A stretch of 64,000 nucleotides of DNA, taken from contig NC_134029.1 of the NCBI RefSeq assembly GCF_964204645.1, positions 2,976,001 through 3,040,000 on the forward strand, read 5' to 3'. How positions within the stretch are numbered: the stretch's first letter is position 1; every line of letters begins with the position of its first letter. The notes under the pieces are model-generated. The model saw only the letters and a program-made list of their open reading frames with translations, ran no database searches and was not told the DNA's origin. Made by a program: the position numbers and the translations under genes. Source of the DNA: Tubulanus polymorphus (taxonomy: Eukaryota; Animalia; Nemertea). Below are positions 58,643 to 64,000 of this stretch, one piece after another.

Positions 58643-59745
58643 CTGAAAATCTATCATTAACATGGAATGAAATTCTAGTTTTCTAATGAGCATGTCTCAG
58701 TGGAAACGTCATTTCTCAAAACATACTTATCATCATCTGGCATGTGATCACATGACACAGAAGCTTTAGTGCGACTGTTTGAGGCCTATCAAATATAAAA
58801 TGTAGAGGGTTGACAAAACTATAAACTACATTCAAATATGGATGCACACAAGTGAGTTCAATATGGATGCACACAAGCGAGTGTAAGAGGAAAAAAATCA
58901 AGGGCTATAATCTTTAAAAACTAGGTGCGCAATCAGAGTACGTCTGGAACCAGTCCAGTCATTCAACCAAATGCAGCAATGAACATCGATGAAACTCCAT
59001 GAACTAGAGGACTGCAGATAAAAGCATCGGTAAATGACAACAATGCTTAGGCCAACACATTTTCAGGGATTTTTCACATGCTCTTTCTTCTTTCTCACGA
59101 AAAGGTTCAGACTCTAAAAAAAGAGCAATGTCCTTAGGGGGGTGCACGTGCCCTCTGCGCAAACCCCTGGATCAGCCGCTGACATATCTATATGTACGCA
59201 CATATAGTGATTGTCCCTATGGTGCCAGTGAAGCCAATGTAGCATGTCCAAAATATCAACGAAATCCTATGCGCCAGAATCTAAAGGCTTCTTCGTCAGG
59301 GCGTGGCTATCTACAAGGGTCCGCCATCGTCAAACAGTCCCGGGGAGTGGTAGTGAAAAGGGAAAATGTCATCCTCTGAAGGTTGATGAATGAATAATGG
59401 CCGACTCCAGGAATAAAAGGTCTAAAAGGGGTAAACTAGTGTCCGAGATGAGTGCGAAATCTTTCCCAGGTGACTACATTATCTAAATGAAGTCACTTGA
59501 CCAATCAGGACGAGTGTCTGCCAGGTACTCAATCAAGTCAGGGTCCTTGACAAGATATGAGATCAGTCATCCAAACACCGGCTCCTACTTCTCTGGTCCT
59601 CAGAGGTGTAGTGTCATTCCAAATGCCTCCAGCACATCACTACTGCAACCAGCCTCTTTGACTTGCCCTCACTTACTATGGTCTCACACATAAAATAAGC
59701 AAATCAAAAGAGACTTAGTCTTGAAAGATAAACAATATGAATAAT

Positions 59746-59921
59746 GAGAGAAATCCCACAATAGATTCAGCCAAAAATGTTAAGTTCTTGAGTAAAATTC
59801 TATATACATCGGTATAATCTGATGATGGCTAATAGTATTTAGCATATATGTTGCTCAAAATATATACCACTTTGCTATAGAACTTTTCATTTTGGGCTGA
59901 TTCTATTCTGGGATTTCTCTC
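59746..59921. mobile_element. MITE-like element with imperfect TIRs of about 43 bp
   Basis: GAGAGAAATCCCACAATAGATTCAGCCAAAAATGTTAAGTTCT closely matches the reverse complement of 59879-59921. Confidence 0.7.
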
Positions 59922-60559
59922 GTTAGGCATTGGCTTCCTCCTCTCCTGACAGTGAAAACGAAAAGAATTATAAACTTAACATATATCGATTATTATTTCA
60001 TAGTTAACTTGTTCATTTTACAATTTTACAAATAAAATATGCGAATAAAAAAGAATAAAATTCATAAATGAGTAGAGAACTATACATTCATCTTAGTTTA
60101 ATAATCCTATGTACATATTGCACATGACTGGATACAAGTAGGCCTAGCCTACTGAAATTTAGCATGATACACTACATCCTCGCACTAATAAAGTAGAGTA
60201 AAATGGGCCGCCAAGTTCCACAAAAAGTTTTAACTCTTAAATCGATTTAATTTCTTCATTAATTCAGTTTATCTTTTTTTGATCAATTTTGGCTTTAATC
60301 CTTTTTGTGAAACTGGGCCCCAGATGGATGGAATAATTAGAAATATACGTACCCGGTAATAACATTCTAATCCTTAGCCATCACATACAATTTCATAGCG
60401 ATACAATAATCTAAAGGTGTGAAAATGATCAGACTCCATTGCAAGATTCAAGATTCAAACAAGTCACACTGATCTCCACATGAAACCGACCATTTTCCGA
60501 CACCCAAAATACAACATCTAAACCTACAACTCATAAACACATACAGGGGCGGCTGGGCG

Positions 60560-61248
60560 ACGTGTAAAATGTTTCACATACCTGAGGGTCGGGTTGGTGT
60601 GAATTATCTGCTGTAGTCCTTGTCTGAAAAATAATATTTAGACTCATTACAAATATATACTGCATCCTAAATTCCAAGTAATGACACATTTTTAGAAAAA
60701 TCAACGTGTAAAATGTTTCACATACCTGAGGATCGGGTTGGTGTGAATTATGTGCCGTAGTCCTTGTCTGAAAAATAATATTTAGACTCATTACAAATAT
60801 ATACTGCATCCTAAATTCCAAGTAATGACACATTTTTAGAAAAATCAACGTGTAAAATGTTTCACATACCTGAGGATCGGGTTGGTGTGAATTATGTGCC
60901 GTAGTCCTTGTCTGAAAAATAATATTTAGACTCATTACAAATATATACTGCATCCTAAATTCCAAGTAATGACACATTTTTAGAAAAATCAACGTGTAAA
61001 ATGTTTCACATACCTGAGGATCGGGTTGGTGTGAATTATCTGCCGTTGTCCTTGTCTGAAAAATAATATTTAGACTCATTAAAAATATATACTGCATCCT
61101 AAATTCCAAGTAATGACACATTTTTAGAAAAATCAACGTGTAAAATGTTTCACATACCTGAGGATCGGGTTGGTGTGAATTATCTGCCGTTGTCCTTGTC
61201 TGAAAAATAATATTTAGACTCATTAAAAATATATATTACATCCTAAAT
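60560..61248 (-). repeat. 144-bp tandem repeat (about 4.8 copies), each unit containing a 42-nt micro-exon
   Basis: TTTTCAG|ACAAGG...CCTCAG|GTATGT at 61158-61199, 61014-61055, 60870-60911, 60726-60767 and 60582-60623. Confidence 0.9.
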
Positions 61249-61287
61249 CCTAATTACCGTTGTATCGTGCATTACTGGCGAGTTGAA

Positions 61288-61585
61288 CCCTTAACCTTCT
61301 GGCAGCAAGATCATTTGCATGTTGATGAAATTAAACTTCCGATTTTTGAAAGAGGGGGTACACTGGGTGGGGTCATTTTTGGGGGCCCAGCGCGAAAAGT
61401 GAAATCACTTCCAGGTTCGGATTCACGAGTATAGGCAGTTGCCATGTCTTAAGAGGCTCAACGCGCTGCGAGGCGCTTGTGACATAAAAACAATCTTTTA
61501 ATGCGAGATAGGCCGGGCTATTGACTACAGTTGCCTACGGCAGATTCCCAGTGTGTCGACTCAGTAGCCTGCAGCAAGTTAAGGG
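61288..61585. mobile_element. Possible piggyBac-like MITE
   Basis: CCCTTAAC / GTTAAGGG ends, flanked by TGAA and TTAA, with a GC-richer interior. Confidence 0.45.
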
Positions 61586-61755
61586 TTAACTACATAAAGT
61601 TGAATATTATATGACAAAATAAGAAAGAACACATACTGGTACTTTTATATAAAATAGCATGTAAGCATTCTGGGATAGGACCCAATCCTTATTGGCTCTC
61701 AATACCTAAAATAAAGATTAAGTTACGTTATATTGTGCAAATGAACGGAACTAAC

Positions 61756-63318
61756 TTCTCTGTCCTCATTTGATATTATGACAAAAATATACAGGATGTA
61801 TGCTTGTTTTTCATATAGAGCTCCTGTGGTTCCAAAGGGTTTGTCCGCAGCGATTATTTTATGATAATAAAACTTTTGAGTCACTTTTGCCTGTAATTGC
61901 ACATTTTGCATTGGTTTTTGTTATATAATGTGACAGAATGGGCATGAACCAGATTAAAGAATTAGGTGCTGCGTCAGAATGGTGATTCGCCTTAGTTATC
62001 TGACTCATGTTCAAGACATAGCTGCCAGGTGTCTGATGAATAATCAATAAATGATAAAATATTCCTGGTTGCAAATGATCAATGGATTTACAGTACCTTA
62101 CTGTCATTTGTTTCAAACCATTTACCATCAATATCGCAAACAAAAGATATATAATGTCCTCCTTCCAAAGAAGAGCCTTGATGAACCACAACACTGCAAA
62201 GTTTAAAATTCTGAAAAATATGTGACAGTGTTATTTATGTGCAGTATTCCTAAAAAACTAGAATATCTTCAGTAAATGAGCATACCTCGTTGTGGAAGCT
62301 AAGAACTTCATCAAATCTCACAAAATCATTTCTTTTTTCCAATGTCTTACTGAATCTTAAAAGGACAAGACAGTCTATTAGTTATAACTCCACCAATCAA
62401 TTCTAGAGATACTGTTCATACCGTATGCCATGCGTAAAATACCATTCTACAGGGTGCCTCAAAAAATGTGTTTTCAGTTACACAAAAGCAGTTTAAGCAA
62501 ATTGACAGATTAAGTATTTACCTGTTAATTTGAATAGCTAAACATTCAGGAGCCTTCAAAGGTTTAGTAGATTTCCTTGCAACCTTTAATTTGCAACTTC
62601 AATGAAAAACGATGGAAATGAAATCATAGCTAAAAGATAATACCTATAAATATGGAATCAGTACTTATGATCACTACATGAAATAAACATAACAAACTCA
62701 CTGGGAACACTCATAGTCATCCAGTTCCTCACTACAAAAATATGAATTAAGTAACGAGACAAGGGTTGTGACTCCTTTTCCTTTATCCTTCTGAAATACA
62801 AAGAAAATCTCAAATGTCATATAGGAACTATTTATAGGAAACATATAGAAATATTCAGCGGTTTAAGGGACCAAAAACACAGCTACACACCCCAAGTGAT
62901 AGACTGAGGTTTGTGAATCCATCAGTTTGTGTTGATTCAGTAGAACAGGATCTACAGATGACTGAAAGAGAAAGTCATAAAATATTCAAACAGGGCTTAC
63001 TGATGTGAAAATTAAGTGTAGTAAAAATGAATGAATCATTGCTTGAAAAGCTTTGCTACTTAAAATACCTTTTGTTTGAAGAGAACCATGGAAAAACTTA
63101 ACAATCTGTTTAAAATCAGAACTGAAAAAATAAACACACATTATATTCATCATCTATCTAGCCTCAATTTTTTGATAAGTATAAACATAATTGCATTCGT
63201 TCATTCGCTCGTTGCTTCATTCATTTTGTTTACCTTGAATTTTCATCTTCAATTTTACTCATCCAACGAATGAAGAACTCATGGGCATCACACTGACGTC
63301 TTGAGTAGAGCCCTATAT
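61756..63318 (-). CDS. Ubiquitin-specific protease (peptidase C19) domain in about 8 small exons; Cys box not seen within the window
   Basis: Exons in order and in phase: YSRRQCDAHEFF; VKFFHGSLQTK; VICRSCSTESTQTDGFTNLSLSL; LNSYFCSEELDDYECSHC; APECLAIQINRF; VRFDEVL; FKLCSVVVHQGSSLEGGHYISFVCDIDGKWFETNDS; QAYILY. Confidence 0.85.
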
Positions 63319-64000
63319 CTAAGATAAAATGGGGTGAAAATCAGTTTGGTTCAGTAAAGGAAAGTTGAAGAAAGAAGTGAGAAAGAAGCAAAACCACATT
63401 TTTTTCCAGTTCACCACGGTTGTGTATGAACACCAAACCATCCAGCTCTTCATTATAGAACAGATAGGCAAGGGTCTCATTCCTCGAGACATCACCTACA
63501 TATTTTGATCATAGTAGTGTATAACATACATGAATAGCATAAAAGTCATGAAGCGAAGCAACATATATAAAACAGAAAACAGATGAAATAGGAGTGAAAT
63601 ATTCAATTTGCACTGGTCATTGTGGTCACCTCAAAGTCTTCAGATACAGAAGCAAGTGGCAATGAGGCTCTAGTCATTTAAGACCCTACTCAAAATTAGG
63701 GGATACCTATGGAATTTCCAAGAAAATAACGCCTATGTGACTGTCATTGGTTTGGCAAGAAATCATACTATAATTAAATATCATATCAAAAGTGTTTGAT
63801 ACAGGCTATTCCTAGTATAAGCCCATCTGATCACTTTTCCTGAGATAGGCACATAAAATGTTTTCCTAAATCGCTGCAATAAGGTGAAAAAAAGACTTTT
63901 GGTGCAACCACACAACTAGGACACCACGCCTACTGGCGAAATGCTTGACAATCTGAAAATAATCAAATACCACATTATTCCGTTATTCGCCTGGTGATCA

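Noticed and set aside
58127-59693. Coding-like stretches between the micro-exon repeat and the integrase
   Set aside because: Multiple stops and no identifiable domain; could not be linked in phase.
60531-61223. 230-aa repetitive ORF; array considered as CRISPR-like
   Set aside because: Units are near-identical along their whole length with no unique spacers and the context is eukaryotic. The ORF follows from a stop-free 144-nt period and reads through splice signals.
63330-64000. Search for the USP Cys-box exon
   Set aside because: Candidate acceptors give frames with stops and no GNxC motif; not called.

Overview
AT-rich, intron-rich animal genomic DNA, probably invertebrate; no prokaryotic features, RNA genes or CRISPR arrays were found. 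From left to right: (1) 1-12.4 kb, a tandem array of five minus-strand SLC16/MCT-like MFS transporter copies, including one copy lacking exon 1 and one apparently chimeric copy; (2) 14-43.4 kb, a compact host-gene block of EXD1 (+), Smad1/5/8 (-), GSTCD (+), PAN3 (-) and a four-TM protein with a Tyr/Gly/Asp-rich tail (+), forming two head-to-head pairs; (3) 44-64 kb, a mobile-element-rich region. The third region holds MITEs, a solo LTR and a co-oriented chain of minus-strand spliced exons that the ORF track largely misses. These exons encode a USP (C19) deubiquitinase domain, five tandem 42-nt micro-exons, an apparently intact Ginger2/KRBA2-like H2C2-DDE integrase with a Cys-rich tail, a PHD finger, a CxxC pair and a weakly tyrosine-recombinase-like end. 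This USP-integrase-PHD module is the best candidate for an undescribed system. All exon models were derived by hand from GT/AG signals and frame continuity, so boundaries may be off by a few bases.
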